This document shows, one piece after another, positions 28,981 to 38,405 of a DNA stretch of 64,000 nt. The DNA lies in the sequence record ON631220.1; one strand, written 5' to 3'. The notes beneath the pieces were generated by a model. It was not told the origin of the DNA. It worked only from the letters and a program-made list of their open reading frames with translations, and did no database searches. The translations under genes and the position numbers were made by a program. Position 1 is the first letter of the stretch, and every line of letters starts with the position of its first letter.

Positions 28981-29358
28981 ATGAAATACGTCTTCTCGCT
29001 CATTATCACTATGGTAGCAATGTCGGTTAATGCACAACCCGTAACCGTGTCATCTTGCTACGTGCTGCACAGCTTGGCAAAGAATATGGTTCAATTCTAC
29101 ACTAATGGCGGTGAGCCATTGGAGATGTATGCAATACTGCAAGATGAACTATCCATTGCCATAGATAAAAACCAGAGTGATAAGGCACTCGCTATTAATA
29201 TCGCATTGGATAATGTCGATGTAATATACCAAAATCTCACTGATCCCGCACTTAAGCTTTTGGCAAAGAGCGAGGGAAGTGATCTTGGTGAGATGCTGAC
29301 TGAAAAACTCAGTAATGGGTGTTTCAATATAGTCGGCGAGGAGTTGTATGATAACTAG
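28981..29358 (+). CDS. Secreted two-cysteine helical protein
   Basis: Signal peptide ...MSVNA; VSSC...SNGCFNIVG. Confidence 0.85.
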   Translation: MKYVFSLIITMVAMSVNAQPVTVSSCYVLHSLAKNMVQFYTNGGEPLEMYAILQDELSIAIDKNQSDKALAINIALDNVDVIYQNLTDPALKLLAKSEGSDLGEMLTEKLSNGCFNIVGEELYDN

Positions 29359-29587
29359 AATCATCCTAATTGTTGCATGGGTATGGGTAATCTCTCTTAT
29401 GGGAATGATTACGTATGTTCTTTATGATACGTATCAATTTCGTAAGAAATTAGAAATGCCTGTTGTAGAATGGGAAGATAAGGCGAAGGACACTCCTGTT
29501 AAGAAGTGTCCAGATGAAGTATTATTCGCTGAAGACCCAAAGGATGGCAAACTCAAAATGGGATGCCCTGAGAGTTATAAGAAATAA
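29348..29587 (+). CDS. Small membrane protein with two C-terminal cysteines
   Basis: GAGGAG SD; TM helix; KKCP...MGCP; terminator at 29590-29609. Confidence 0.75.
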   Translation: MITRIILIVAWVWVISLMGMITYVLYDTYQFRKKLEMPVVEWEDKAKDTPVKKCPDEVLFAEDPKDGKLKMGCPESYKK

Positions 29588-29669
29588 TTAGAGGACCTTC
29601 GGGTCCTCTTTTTAACCGACTGGACGGTTAAAACTAGGTGGGATAAATTAAACTATTTGAGGAAATCTA

Positions 29670-29777
29670 ATGCAACTTAGTAATGAACTTTTCTATGTGG
29701 GTATGGTAGCTGTATCAATGTCAATCGGTATGCTATTTAGCTATATTTATCACACTCATAAGAAAAAATATAAATAA
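29670..29777 (+). CDS. 35-aa membrane micro-protein, not in the ORF track
   Basis: GAGGA SD; [35 protein letters not shown]; terminator at 29787-29806. Confidence 0.7.
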   Translation: MQLSNELFYVGMVAVSMSIGMLFSYIYHTHKKKYK

Positions 29778-29811
29778 AGTCATAAACCCTCTCCCAAAGG
29801 AGAGGGCTTTT

Positions 29812-29842
29812 ACATTAAATTTTTTTTGAAATCTATATTACA
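29812..29842 (+). promoter_or_regulatory. Early promoter (TTTTTGAAATC-TATATTAC)
   Basis: TATATTAC at 29834-29841. Confidence 0.85.
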
Positions 29843-29880
29843 CTAATACAACATTAAACTATTAAATAGGTAATTAAAAA

Positions 29881-30255
29881 ATGAATGAAAATATTAAACG
29901 CTCATTTATTGGTATGCCACTGTCTATCAATATTGGTAAAGATATTGATTTATCAATGTATGAACGAATTGTATTTGTATCACAAGTAGATAAAAATGAT
30001 ATAAAATACTTTGTTTATAAATTAAATAAATCCAAATTTAAACATGAACCAAATGTAGTTAATTACGCCGAAACAGATAAGGATATTATTATTTATCCCC
30101 CGCTTGATTTCATTCAGACAATTAATGAATATTATCGAGTATCATTGGAAAATGAATTTATGTGTCATCCTGTTATTCTAAAAGCAGATGATAGTAATAA
30201 TCAAGAAGTATTTTTGAAAACTATTAAAATGGTACATGAGTATGTCGATGAATAA
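29881..30255 (+). CDS. Hypothetical early protein
   Basis: AGGT SD. Confidence 0.75.
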   Translation: MNENIKRSFIGMPLSINIGKDIDLSMYERIVFVSQVDKNDIKYFVYKLNKSKFKHEPNVVNYAETDKDIIIYPPLDFIQTINEYYRVSLENEFMCHPVILKADDSNNQEVFLKTIKMVHEYVDE

Positions 30256-30703
30256 CTGCGCATTTATTAATTTAAGGCAACGTTTAGTTAATGATAAACT
30301 AACCTATGTGATTCATCCCATAGTGAAGGTTTATGATTTCACTAGAAAGGCTATTAGACAATTAACTGATTTTGCTATTTTAGATAGTTATAACTTCCCA
30401 GAGGAAACTTCCAATATTAGTGTTCAGCCAACTATCACAGATGATACTAATAATAGAAATTCTTTGATACATCTTGGGGTTATAGAAGAGCCTGATTTTG
30501 GACCAACTAGATTATACGCCATCTTAGATAGAGAAATCAAAGATGATTCTAATCTAATTGAAACAACTGATGATGGCTGGTATACATTGGATGAGTTAAT
30601 TCTAGTTGAAGACGATATGGATGAATTCGCGCGACTTATTGTTCAGTACTTGCGAACTATTCCGAGGAAGCCACAATGGTTAACTTCGACAAAAGATGTT
30701 TAG
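30236..30703 (+). CDS. Hypothetical protein
   Basis: ORF track. Confidence 0.75.
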   Translation: MSMSMNNCAFINLRQRLVNDKLTYVIHPIVKVYDFTRKAIRQLTDFAILDSYNFPEETSNISVQPTITDDTNNRNSLIHLGVIEEPDFGPTRLYAILDREIKDDSNLIETTDDGWYTLDELILVEDDMDEFARLIVQYLRTIPRKPQWLTSTKDV

Positions 30704-30906
30704 AAATAGAGCCTAATCAGTTAGGTTATGTATTTACAAAGATCGGTTGGGAAATATGTGTTACTATTGGCATACGACATATATGTGCTAAAAACTATTA
30801 TACAGTGTATTCACTTAATGATAAATGCATTTATTACATTGAGCATTCAGCGCAATTTACTAAACGCATAAAACCAAACTATATACAAAGGTTTCATGTT
30901 CTATGA
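30676..30906 (+). CDS. Hypothetical protein
   Basis: GAGGA SD, overlapping start. Confidence 0.6.
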   Translation: MVNFDKRCLEIEPNQLGYVFTKIGWEICVTIGIRHICAKNYYTVYSLNDKCIYYIEHSAQFTKRIKPNYIQRFHVL

Positions 30907-31589
30907 TCAATACAACCGATAAAACTATAGTTGGTATAGGATTTGAAACAAAGGTTTCAGATTCACCGATTGAACAACCTGTAAAGAAAACTAAGACTCC
31001 TAAGATAAATAAACAAAAAGAATGGGAGAAAGTAGATGATCCGAGAGAATATACAAAAGAGGAACAAACTTCTCTCTTTGTAAATTGGCTTCAAAGCACA
31101 CGTAATTACTGGCATAAACAGTATACCGATACTCAAAATACAGATAAGGCACTATCTATCAGAGATATGCTTGATGGATTTATATATAGCATCGCAGCTG
31201 GCCTAGATGGCAATGATCCAAATATACCCGGATTCAAACTTATACCTAATGTTACTCAAGAGGATATTGACTACCTAATAAGTATTGGTGAGAATTATTG
31301 GCCAGTAAACCCAGTTGAAAATTTAAAAGATAATATCCGTGCAAAGTGTGATGCAGTTGATATTTCTGGTAATCTACGTTATCAAGTTTCTAAGACATTT
31401 ACGGAACCTTTCAAAGGACCACATGCACTATTGAACCATTTCCTTAGTTTAGCAGGTGAGAAACCTGTTAAGTATTACTCGGGTAATTTTACGCAAGAGC
31501 AACTTGCTATGTTAGTAGAAAAAGCTAAAGAAAAAGCGGAAAAGATACAATCACAAATAGCTGATGATATCAGTCGAATAATGCGTTAA
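30903..31589 (+). CDS. Hypothetical protein, paralogue of 31634..32008
   Basis: Shared LDG...P-x-F-x-LIP-x-V...G-x2-Y...D-x2-G-x-LR motif. Confidence 0.8.
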   Translation: MINTTDKTIVGIGFETKVSDSPIEQPVKKTKTPKINKQKEWEKVDDPREYTKEEQTSLFVNWLQSTRNYWHKQYTDTQNTDKALSIRDMLDGFIYSIAAGLDGNDPNIPGFKLIPNVTQEDIDYLISIGENYWPVNPVENLKDNIRAKCDAVDISGNLRYQVSKTFTEPFKGPHALLNHFLSLAGEKPVKYYSGNFTQEQLAMLVEKAKEKAEKIQSQIADDISRIMR

Positions 31590-31633
31590 TGAACTAATAA
31601 ATTTATAAGCTACTGATAACAAGGTATGTAATT

Positions 31634-32008
31634 ATGATCTATTTTGAAGGCGATGGTAATGTTAAACCTGTAACACAGGAACAAGTTAAAGAACTATTTA
31701 TTAGTAGTGTTGTCAATATGCGTGATAATGCTATCAATAACTCTAAACTTGATCAATTTACAGAGCCAGCTGATCGGGACAGGGCTGTAGCAGATAGTGT
31801 CATTACAGGCATGCTAGATATACTAGATGGCAATAATGACGATTGCCCAGCGTTTCATTTAATTCCAGCAGTTGGTGAGGAAGAATATTTAGCGGCTGTA
31901 GAAGCAGGTGCTGATTATATCCCTTATGATGATGGTAGTGATAATTATCAACCATTAGATTTAGCTGGTGAACTACGAGATTATTTTATCTTTGTTAATA
32001 GGGGTTAA
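31634..32008 (+). CDS. Hypothetical protein, paralogue of 30903..31589
   Basis: LDGNNDDCPAFHLIPAV...DLAGELR. Confidence 0.8.
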   Translation: MIYFEGDGNVKPVTQEQVKELFISSVVNMRDNAINNSKLDQFTEPADRDRAVADSVITGMLDILDGNNDDCPAFHLIPAVGEEEYLAAVEAGADYIPYDDGSDNYQPLDLAGELRDYFIFVNRG

Positions 32009-32010
32009 TA

Positions 32011-32445
32011 ATGGCTGATATAGTAATTGCACTAATCCTGTCAGCAATTATTGTTTATCTAATTAATATTTTTAAACACCCAAAAATAATTTATGCCAAT
32101 AGTGTAAATGATAATGTCTTCATTGTTACTGGTTGCTCTTATATATCTGAAAATAATGAAGATGGTACATTAACAACTTTTTCACCTAAATTAAATAATA
32201 GGTTAATAATTGATTTAACTAAAGGTCAACCCAATAAAGACTTTTATATTTCAGTATTAGATAACACACTTAAATTCCATCACACTGTTGATGAAATCAT
32301 CACAGCTAATAAATGGGAAGCTTTATTTAAAATTAGCATAACCAAAGAGGATGTGTGTATCTCAGGAATGTCTCTTAAAAATAAACACATTAAATGTAAT
32401 TTACACTGGGTTATAGTACCAGGTAAAATGGCGAATAAATTGTAA
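32011..32445 (+). CDS. Membrane-anchored hypothetical protein
   Basis: N-terminal TM helix; terminator at 32459-32479. Confidence 0.75.
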   Translation: MADIVIALILSAIIVYLINIFKHPKIIYANSVNDNVFIVTGCSYISENNEDGTLTTFSPKLNNRLIIDLTKGQPNKDFYISVLDNTLKFHHTVDEIITANKWEALFKISITKEDVCISGMSLKNKHIKCNLHWVIVPGKMANKL

Positions 32446-32494
32446 TAGTTATTATATTGCCCTCCCATTGCGGGAGGGCTTATATTTTATTTTT

Positions 32495-32527
32495 TTGTAT
32501 TTAAAGCATTTTAAACAGTATATTACA
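32495..32527 (+). promoter_or_regulatory. Early promoter (TTTAAACAG-TATATTAC)
   Basis: TATATTAC at 32519-32526. Confidence 0.85.
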
Positions 32528-32569
32528 AATGTGATAAAACTATCTAAATTTCAAATAGGTAAATCAATT

Positions 32570-32929
32570 ATGTTGGATTATGCTTTGGAAAAGTGTCGCG
32601 AGATCCCTTATGTAAAACATCGTCAACGTGTTTATTCAGTCATTACTGATAAGCGTGGCAGGATTATTAGTGAAAGCCAAAATATGTATGGTAAAACACA
32701 TCCTGTTCAGAAACGTTATTCTCTAAAAGCAGGATTGTCTGATCTACGTTGTGAGATGCATAGTGAGTTGCGTTCTATCATCCTCTCCAAAGGAAAAGGA
32801 TATAGGATCTATGTTGCGCGGGTCGGTGCTGATGGCAGGCCATTGGATGCGTATCCGTGCCCCACTTGTCAGATGGCAATTAATGACCATGGTAAATTAA
32901 AAGAGGTAATTGTATCTATTGGTAAATAA
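32570..32929 (+). CDS. Zn-dependent cytidine/dCMP deaminase-fold protein
   Basis: H-S-E and PCPTC motifs; the start must lie downstream of the promoter, so ATG 32570 rather than 32468. Confidence 0.8.
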   Translation: MLDYALEKCREIPYVKHRQRVYSVITDKRGRIISESQNMYGKTHPVQKRYSLKAGLSDLRCEMHSELRSIILSKGKGYRIYVARVGADGRPLDAYPCPTCQMAINDHGKLKEVIVSIGK

Positions 32930-32982
32930 TAAACCATCAAAACGCGTATTAAAATTTATTTAACTCACGGGGAACTGATACG

Positions 32983-33327
32983 ATGACTCTTGGTATTTCA
33001 AAATCTCTTTTGGAAAATGCAATCAAAACTCTTCAAATAGAAACTGGCAATTGCTCTATTCCGACCAAAAATGAAATTCATGCAATGTTGGTTGAACGGC
33101 AAGCCAATGAAGTCTGTGCGGGTATTCGGAGAAAGATGCTTGAAGACCTACCTGGTTTCAACAACTTCCATTTTATTCGCAGTTATGAAATTGTTGTCGA
33201 ACATAAGGATGAAATTGCTCCATCTGTAATGAAGGTTGTTAAAGCACGATTGCGTGAAGCGGGCTGGAGAAAAGTCGAGTTCGGTGAGCACGATTGCGGT
33301 ATTACAAAGATTAGGATTAAGCTATGA
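32983..33327 (+). CDS. Hypothetical protein
   Basis: ORF track. Confidence 0.75.
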   Translation: MTLGISKSLLENAIKTLQIETGNCSIPTKNEIHAMLVERQANEVCAGIRRKMLEDLPGFNNFHFIRSYEIVVEHKDEIAPSVMKVVKARLREAGWRKVEFGEHDCGITKIRIKL

Positions 33328-33746
33328 AAAATACACGCTTAGTTGAAGTTGCTGAACATGCATATTGTCTGATTGGTGGACTTCCTAAACCAGAAGAAAT
33401 GGATGAAGCAGAAAAAGAGTATTGGGCATCTGTACCAAGTGAGGATATTAAATTAGCTTCATATTGGAAAATGGTTCAACCACCACTATATGCCCTAGTG
33501 ATGAAATATAGTGGAATTGATTACGAAAGATTTTATCCTTATCCTGGTGGTCCTTCTCTTAACACTGACGAGCTAAAGACTTTCAGGCTCAATGATATCG
33601 ATGAAGGTGCGCTTATTTGGCGTGATGTCTGCATTACTTGGTATAAACGACCAGGACGGTGTATGTGTGTTTCACGCGACATCGCAGATGATGAACTCGT
33701 GCAACTTGAACAGGAACTCATTAAAGCTATCGCAAAACCGAAATAA
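33324..33746 (+). CDS. Hypothetical protein (I-x-WYK-x2-GR motif)
   Basis: CITWYKRPGRCM. Confidence 0.75.
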   Translation: MKNTRLVEVAEHAYCLIGGLPKPEEMDEAEKEYWASVPSEDIKLASYWKMVQPPLYALVMKYSGIDYERFYPYPGGPSLNTDELKTFRLNDIDEGALIWRDVCITWYKRPGRCMCVSRDIADDELVQLEQELIKAIAKPK

Positions 33747-33797
33747 CTTATAAAAGAAGTTTAACAGATTTTTAATCCAACTAAAAGGAAATTGTAA

Positions 33798-34031
33798 ATG
33801 CAACATGTAACTGTAAAAACTATGAACTCTGGACTGAAAGTCATTGATCTGGATGGTATCCGACTCAAAGACAAAAATATTATCCAGCTACGTTCTATTA
33901 TGAATCACGATGCAGCAAAGCAATCGTCAGCTTTTATGCATCACGATAGCCAGTTCAATAATGTACGTATTGAATTTTGGCGCGAACCATCAGCGCGAAT
34001 TATCTCGCTGATTAAAGATGCGGTCGCATGA
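33798..34031 (+). CDS. Hypothetical protein
   Basis: AAGGA SD. Confidence 0.75.
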   Translation: MQHVTVKTMNSGLKVIDLDGIRLKDKNIIQLRSIMNHDAAKQSSAFMHHDSQFNNVRIEFWREPSARIISLIKDAVA

Positions 34032-34058
34032 CCGCTTTCTTTTAAGAAGGTAACTAAT

Positions 34059-34337
34059 ATGTCTATCTCTGATGTAGTATATGAAGCCGCTGTCAAAAGT
34101 GGTGTTAGTCTTGAACACCTTGGTAAAGAAGAGCCTATTCTAAAAATTCGCTCTGTTAAAGAAAGTGATGGATGGGATATCATCCTCTATTATCCTGGTA
34201 AGATTACCAAGACTGTGAAACTACTATCAAGCGATGTAGCTGGGTCAGATGCATCAAAGTTTATTGAACATGTATTTGGAGATGTTCAATTTGCTAAAGA
34301 AGCAGTACGCAATGCTGAAGGCATTGTAATAAAATAA
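34059..34337 (+). CDS. Hypothetical protein
   Basis: AAGGT SD. Confidence 0.75.
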   Translation: MSISDVVYEAAVKSGVSLEHLGKEEPILKIRSVKESDGWDIILYYPGKITKTVKLLSSDVAGSDASKFIEHVFGDVQFAKEAVRNAEGIVIK

Positions 34338-34363
34338 TCAATCTGGAAAAAAAGGAAATATAA

Positions 34364-34783
34364 ATGTATATTGATGAAAAGTACTGGGCTCATTCTGTAA
34401 AAGCTATGGATAACAAACATCCAGTTTTGATGAATGTGCATGGTCTTCATTGGTGTTCACCGTCTTTGGTTAATTGGAGCCTAACTGCCGTCAAACGCGA
34501 TGGATCACTTTCATCAAAAGAAGTGTTTGATATCACTAGCAAATATGCCAGCCATCTCATTGATCATGAAGTTAAAATCGTTAATGATCAATTGGTCTAC
34601 CTGATCAAAAATAATCTGATTAGTGGCATTACTGAGCTTGATGATGGTTTCTTTGTATTTGCAAATATTGATGGCGAGTCATGGTCCATGCATGTTGTAA
34701 TTGAATGCTTGATGGAACATGAAGAAAATTGGGAAAAACTCGCTGCCGTTAAGTGCAATGAGTTGACCATTTCTGCATTCTAA
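34364..34783 (+). CDS. Hypothetical protein
   Basis: AAGGA SD; terminator at 34798-34815. Confidence 0.8.
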   Translation: MYIDEKYWAHSVKAMDNKHPVLMNVHGLHWCSPSLVNWSLTAVKRDGSLSSKEVFDITSKYASHLIDHEVKIVNDQLVYLIKNNLISGITELDDGFFVFANIDGESWSMHVVIECLMEHEENWEKLAAVKCNELTISAF

Positions 34784-34861
34784 TTAATTATGAAAATGGG
34801 GGTCTTTGGACCCCCTATCTATTTAATAGAATGAAACTAATCTTAATAATGGTGAATACTA

Positions 34862-35158
34862 ATGAATAAATATTACCATTTGAAGAAGCAGAAGGATGCT
34901 ACATGGACAATTGAATTTTTAGGAAAGATGCGTAATTTTAAATTCAACCATGTAACTAAACATAATAATAGTTGGATTAGCATGGGTATTGAAGGTTATC
35001 CAGCACTTAAATTTAACTGTGATGGATTTGGTAGATTAGAAAGTATTCAACCTATTGATGATGATTTAACCATCGATGAAATATTTATTCCATGTAAGCA
35101 TTCTGTTTCGCAGTGTATCGATATAACAACACTTTATATGGGTGGTCAATGTGACTGA
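34862..35158 (+). CDS. Hypothetical protein
   Basis: ORF track. Confidence 0.7.
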   Translation: MNKYYHLKKQKDATWTIEFLGKMRNFKFNHVTKHNNSWISMGIEGYPALKFNCDGFGRLESIQPIDDDLTIDEIFIPCKHSVSQCIDITTLYMGGQCD

Positions 35159-35588
35159 GATAATATTAGTTATTTTATCATTGTTTGTTCTTTCAGTCAT
35201 AACCGGCTATTGTATAACCCGGTTAGAGAAAACCGAGGATATAACTTACTATGTTAAATCAATTACGTATTACTTAGGTAAACATGATACTACGGTTTTC
35301 GATAGTGACCCTAAGGTAGTTCAGTTAGATAATCCAATAAAGTTAATCTTCACAAATGAACCAGTTCAAATAAAAACTCTTTTCTTTGATCTAGATAAAG
35401 AAGAACTGTATCTTGATCATCCTGGGTATGCATGTATTGTAATGCGTGTTATTTTCTTTTTAAATTATCACAATCAACAAAAACTTATTGGCTATTCAGA
35501 TGAGTATTACCATGATAATGAATATGTTGATAGTGAGTCTGATATGGTTATAAAAAAGATTGGTGTGGAATGCTATATGGGTCTATAG
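35142..35588 (+). CDS. Membrane-anchored hypothetical protein
   Basis: N-terminal TM helix. Confidence 0.75.
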   Translation: MVNVTEIILVILSLFVLSVITGYCITRLEKTEDITYYVKSITYYLGKHDTTVFDSDPKVVQLDNPIKLIFTNEPVQIKTLFFDLDKEELYLDHPGYACIVMRVIFFLNYHNQQKLIGYSDEYYHDNEYVDSESDMVIKKIGVECYMGL

Positions 35589-35624
35589 TGGTCAATTTTA
35601 TAGACCTTCAATCAGGAGTTAATA

Positions 35625-36056
35625 ATGAGTGTTCTACAACCGCTAGGAAGTTTCCCAGTATATAAGAAAACTAATGGTGAAACTCGATTTCTATTAGACC
35701 ATGATGTTGCTATCAGTATGGTTACAACTGAGCAAGGTAGTTTTATGACAGCTCCATTGAAAGCAGATGGGGTAGAGTTTAATCTATCTGAAGTCTTTGG
35801 TGATTATAAAAAATTTGATAATGTGATTGTAGATAAACTCTACTATCGTGATTTATCTGGTAAAATGCAGTCAAAGGTAGTGCCAACTATCCCTCAGCTT
35901 TATAAAGACATGGCTGTATTCAAAAGTGGTTATACCACTAAAATAAATAATCTCCGTTGGGGTTATTGTTTAACTATTAAAAATGATGGTACTGCAAAAA
36001 TTTGGACAGATGACAATAGTCCTATTTGTGGTGTGTCAATTCGTTTCACAATGTAA
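35625..36056 (+). CDS. Hypothetical protein
   Basis: AGGAG SD; terminator at 36067-36084. Confidence 0.8.
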   Translation: MSVLQPLGSFPVYKKTNGETRFLLDHDVAISMVTTEQGSFMTAPLKADGVEFNLSEVFGDYKKFDNVIVDKLYYRDLSGKMQSKVVPTIPQLYKDMAVFKSGYTTKINNLRWGYCLTIKNDGTAKIWTDDNSPICGVSIRFTM

Positions 36057-36118
36057 CGTCATAATGGCCTCCCTTCGGGGAGGCTTTTATATCCTTTTAT
36101 ATAAACAGGTATATTCAA

Positions 36119-36421
36119 ATGAAAATGAATGATAAGGTAATCAAATCGACTCAGTATATGTTGGATAATACTGATAAATTCATAAGTGCTGTTTTCTCTG
36201 GTGAGGATCGATACATTGATGCATGCGCTGGTCTGGTTGCTGCACATGGGGATAAAACTGAACAGTATCGTTATATCTGGGAAGAAGCTGGATTGGACTT
36301 TAACAAAGCCCAAGTAATATATTTTCTAACGTACACCAAATTACTAGGTGATACTCCTAAACATATGTCATGCCAATGGGTTATCGATAACTATAATAAA
36401 TATAATAAACTATTACCTTAA
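36119..36421 (+). CDS. Hypothetical protein
   Basis: ORF track; promoter-like ACAGGTATATTC upstream. Confidence 0.7.
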   Translation: MKMNDKVIKSTQYMLDNTDKFISAVFSGEDRYIDACAGLVAAHGDKTEQYRYIWEEAGLDFNKAQVIYFLTYTKLLGDTPKHMSCQWVIDNYNKYNKLLP

Positions 36422-36506
36422 TACGGGGTAATAGTTTATTATAATAAAATTTAAAGTTATATAACAACCATGCCAAATAAAATAAATATTATCTGAGGTA
36501 TCACAA

Positions 36507-36659
36507 ATGGAAGGAATGAAATATGTAGCATTGTTTTTAGTTATAGCGGTTTTAGGTAGTACGCTAATTGGTATTAATAAAATTATCAATATAGGTGATA
36601 TCGATGGATACCGATCAGAAAAAGAAAGAATCACCGAAATTCAATCCTATCATAAATAG
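36507..36659 (+). CDS. 50-aa membrane micro-protein, not in the ORF track
   Basis: GAGGT SD; MEGMKYVALFLVIAVLGSTLIGI... Confidence 0.7.
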   Translation: MEGMKYVALFLVIAVLGSTLIGINKIINIGDIDGYRSEKERITEIQSYHK

Positions 36660-36715
36660 CATCTTTAACAAGTCATGGCTGACTGAAGAGAAGAGTTGTA
36701 AAGAGGTAAAAAGAA

Positions 36716-37018
36716 ATGAGTTCAACAGTGAGCTGTCTAGCAAGCGCGCTAGCTAATGGTATTAGTCTTATCGCTAAGAATAAAGTTCAAGTTGGTATGA
36801 TTCTACAAGCAACACAGGATATTTGGATCATGCGTACTTGTAAAAAGAATGGTTATCTAGAATGGAAGTTTGCCGATGAAGGAGATGACCTAACTGTATT
36901 AGGCGTTGATGAAGGTAATCCCGAAGGCGGCTTTAGAGTTTTAAATGCCGACAATTATAATCAAATTGAAACTGTACAATGTACAGATATGGATGATATT
37001 CTTCACGCCTATAATTGA
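36716..37018 (+). CDS. Small SH3-like hypothetical protein
   Basis: GAGGT SD; VQVGMILQATQDI...EGDDLTVLGV. Confidence 0.7.
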   Translation: MSSTVSCLASALANGISLIAKNKVQVGMILQATQDIWIMRTCKKNGYLEWKFADEGDDLTVLGVDEGNPEGGFRVLNADNYNQIETVQCTDMDDILHAYN

Positions 37019-37026
37019 GGTGATAT

Positions 37027-37239
37027 ATGTCAAATTCATTTAAAGTCGGTGACAAAGTTGTAGTCAATACAGATATTATTAATAGCACCGGTGAATGCGG
37101 CTATGATCTTACACTATGCAAAGCTGGCACTGTAGTTATAATCGAGTCTGTTAATGGAGACCATCTGTTAGTATATCCATCTAATAGCGGTCCTAGTAAT
37201 GGATTTTATGTTCATCTACATCAGGTTAATGCACAATGA
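37027..37239 (+). CDS. Small SH3-like hypothetical protein
   Basis: GAGGT SD; FKVGDKVVVNTDI...KAGTVVIIESV. Confidence 0.75.
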   Translation: MSNSFKVGDKVVVNTDIINSTGECGYDLTLCKAGTVVIIESVNGDHLLVYPSNSGPSNGFYVHLHQVNAQ

Positions 37240-37613
37240 AACTTGAATGCGTAAGAGATACTGCACAGATCCTCTACAGTAAAAGAGCTTTTATAAAAGG
37301 TAATTATATTGGTAGCGAATATCATATTTACCAATTACTAACCCATCTTCATCATCGTATCGTTAATGCGCTTATTGAAATATATGATGATGATTCACTA
37401 GCTGATGTGCTAAATAAAAGTCCTGATGATATTATTATCTTATTCTCTAAACATGCGACTAATGCGTATCAGCATTACAAAGTTCTTCGCCAAAATATAA
37501 ATGCTAAGATTGAAGAAGTAAATGCATCACGAAATAGGTATACTCTATGGTCTAACTTAGTAGAGGATATTCTTAAGTTTAGACTATATTGCAGTAAACT
37601 AAAGGTGGGTTGA
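37236..37613 (+). CDS. Hypothetical protein
   Basis: ATGA overlap with the upstream gene. Confidence 0.75.
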   Translation: MKLECVRDTAQILYSKRAFIKGNYIGSEYHIYQLLTHLHHRIVNALIEIYDDDSLADVLNKSPDDIIILFSKHATNAYQHYKVLRQNINAKIEEVNASRNRYTLWSNLVEDILKFRLYCSKLKVG

Positions 37614-37614
37614 G

Positions 37615-37980
37615 ATGATCGAAATTAATTCTGCTGAAGTAGAAATGCTTGTTGAAACGATTACTGGTGATTTGTTCTGCTCTATCCATGACGGCACATA
37701 TCCAGCTGAAACTTATTGGATGTTTAAAGCAGATGTTGCAATGTTGGATGCATGGTTTGCTAAAATTTATAAGTTTGGTATGTTAAAGCAAATCCCATAT
37801 GCCAGTATTCCATTTGCCAATCTGGTGGATGTATCAACTGAGCGGCTATTCCAATATATGGCCAATCTGGCAGCTGATCTAGGTGATTTTGAAGATGTCC
37901 AAGAACCTATTTTCAATATCATCAATAAGATCCATTCAATGTGGTTAGTTTATGATAAGTATTCATGGACTGGTAGCTAA
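37615..37980 (+). CDS. Hypothetical protein
   Basis: ORF track. Confidence 0.75.
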   Translation: MIEINSAEVEMLVETITGDLFCSIHDGTYPAETYWMFKADVAMLDAWFAKIYKFGMLKQIPYASIPFANLVDVSTERLFQYMANLAADLGDFEDVQEPIFNIINKIHSMWLVYDKYSWTGS

Positions 37981-38023
37981 TACTTGACCGTCCAATTAGA
38001 TAGTTATAGGACGGGAATTAACC

Positions 38024-38359
38024 ATGTTTATAGTTGATGATAAGTGTTATAGTTGGTCAAGTACTTCGCACGGTCGTGGGAAAAGAAGCGAAATAGTTGG
38101 AGCAGGTGTTTATGTTATTGAACACATTGCAACTGGGAAGTATTTAGTAGGGCTTTCAAAGACTGTTAGTAATGAAGTTGATAAACATATCGCTGCATTA
38201 CGTAATAATAGTCATCAAAATAAGGCAATGTTGGGTTTAGTACATCGGGACATGGATTTACGTTTATTAGAATACCCCATTAGTAAGGTTAGTGATCAGA
38301 AAGCACTTATTGCTAAGATCCGAGCCACCACTGAACCTAAATATCTAATGCTTAATTAG
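38024..38359 (+). CDS. Stand-alone degenerate GIY-YIG domain protein
   Basis: GVYVIEHIATGKYLVG...H-x3-LRNNSHQN; the usual catalytic Arg is not evident. Confidence 0.65.
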   Translation: MFIVDDKCYSWSSTSHGRGKRSEIVGAGVYVIEHIATGKYLVGLSKTVSNEVDKHIAALRNNSHQNKAMLGLVHRDMDLRLLEYPISKVSDQKALIAKIRATTEPKYLMLN

Positions 38360-38405
38360 GGAGGGTAATACCTCCCTTTTCTTATATGAGAAAAGGAAAT
38401 ATACA

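Noticed and set aside
29348-29587. Spanin or holin assignment
   Set aside because: It has a TM helix and Cys pair but no lipobox partner or nearby endolysin, and it lies in an early operon.
32468-32569. Upstream ATG for the deaminase
   Set aside because: It lies inside a terminator and upstream of the early promoter.
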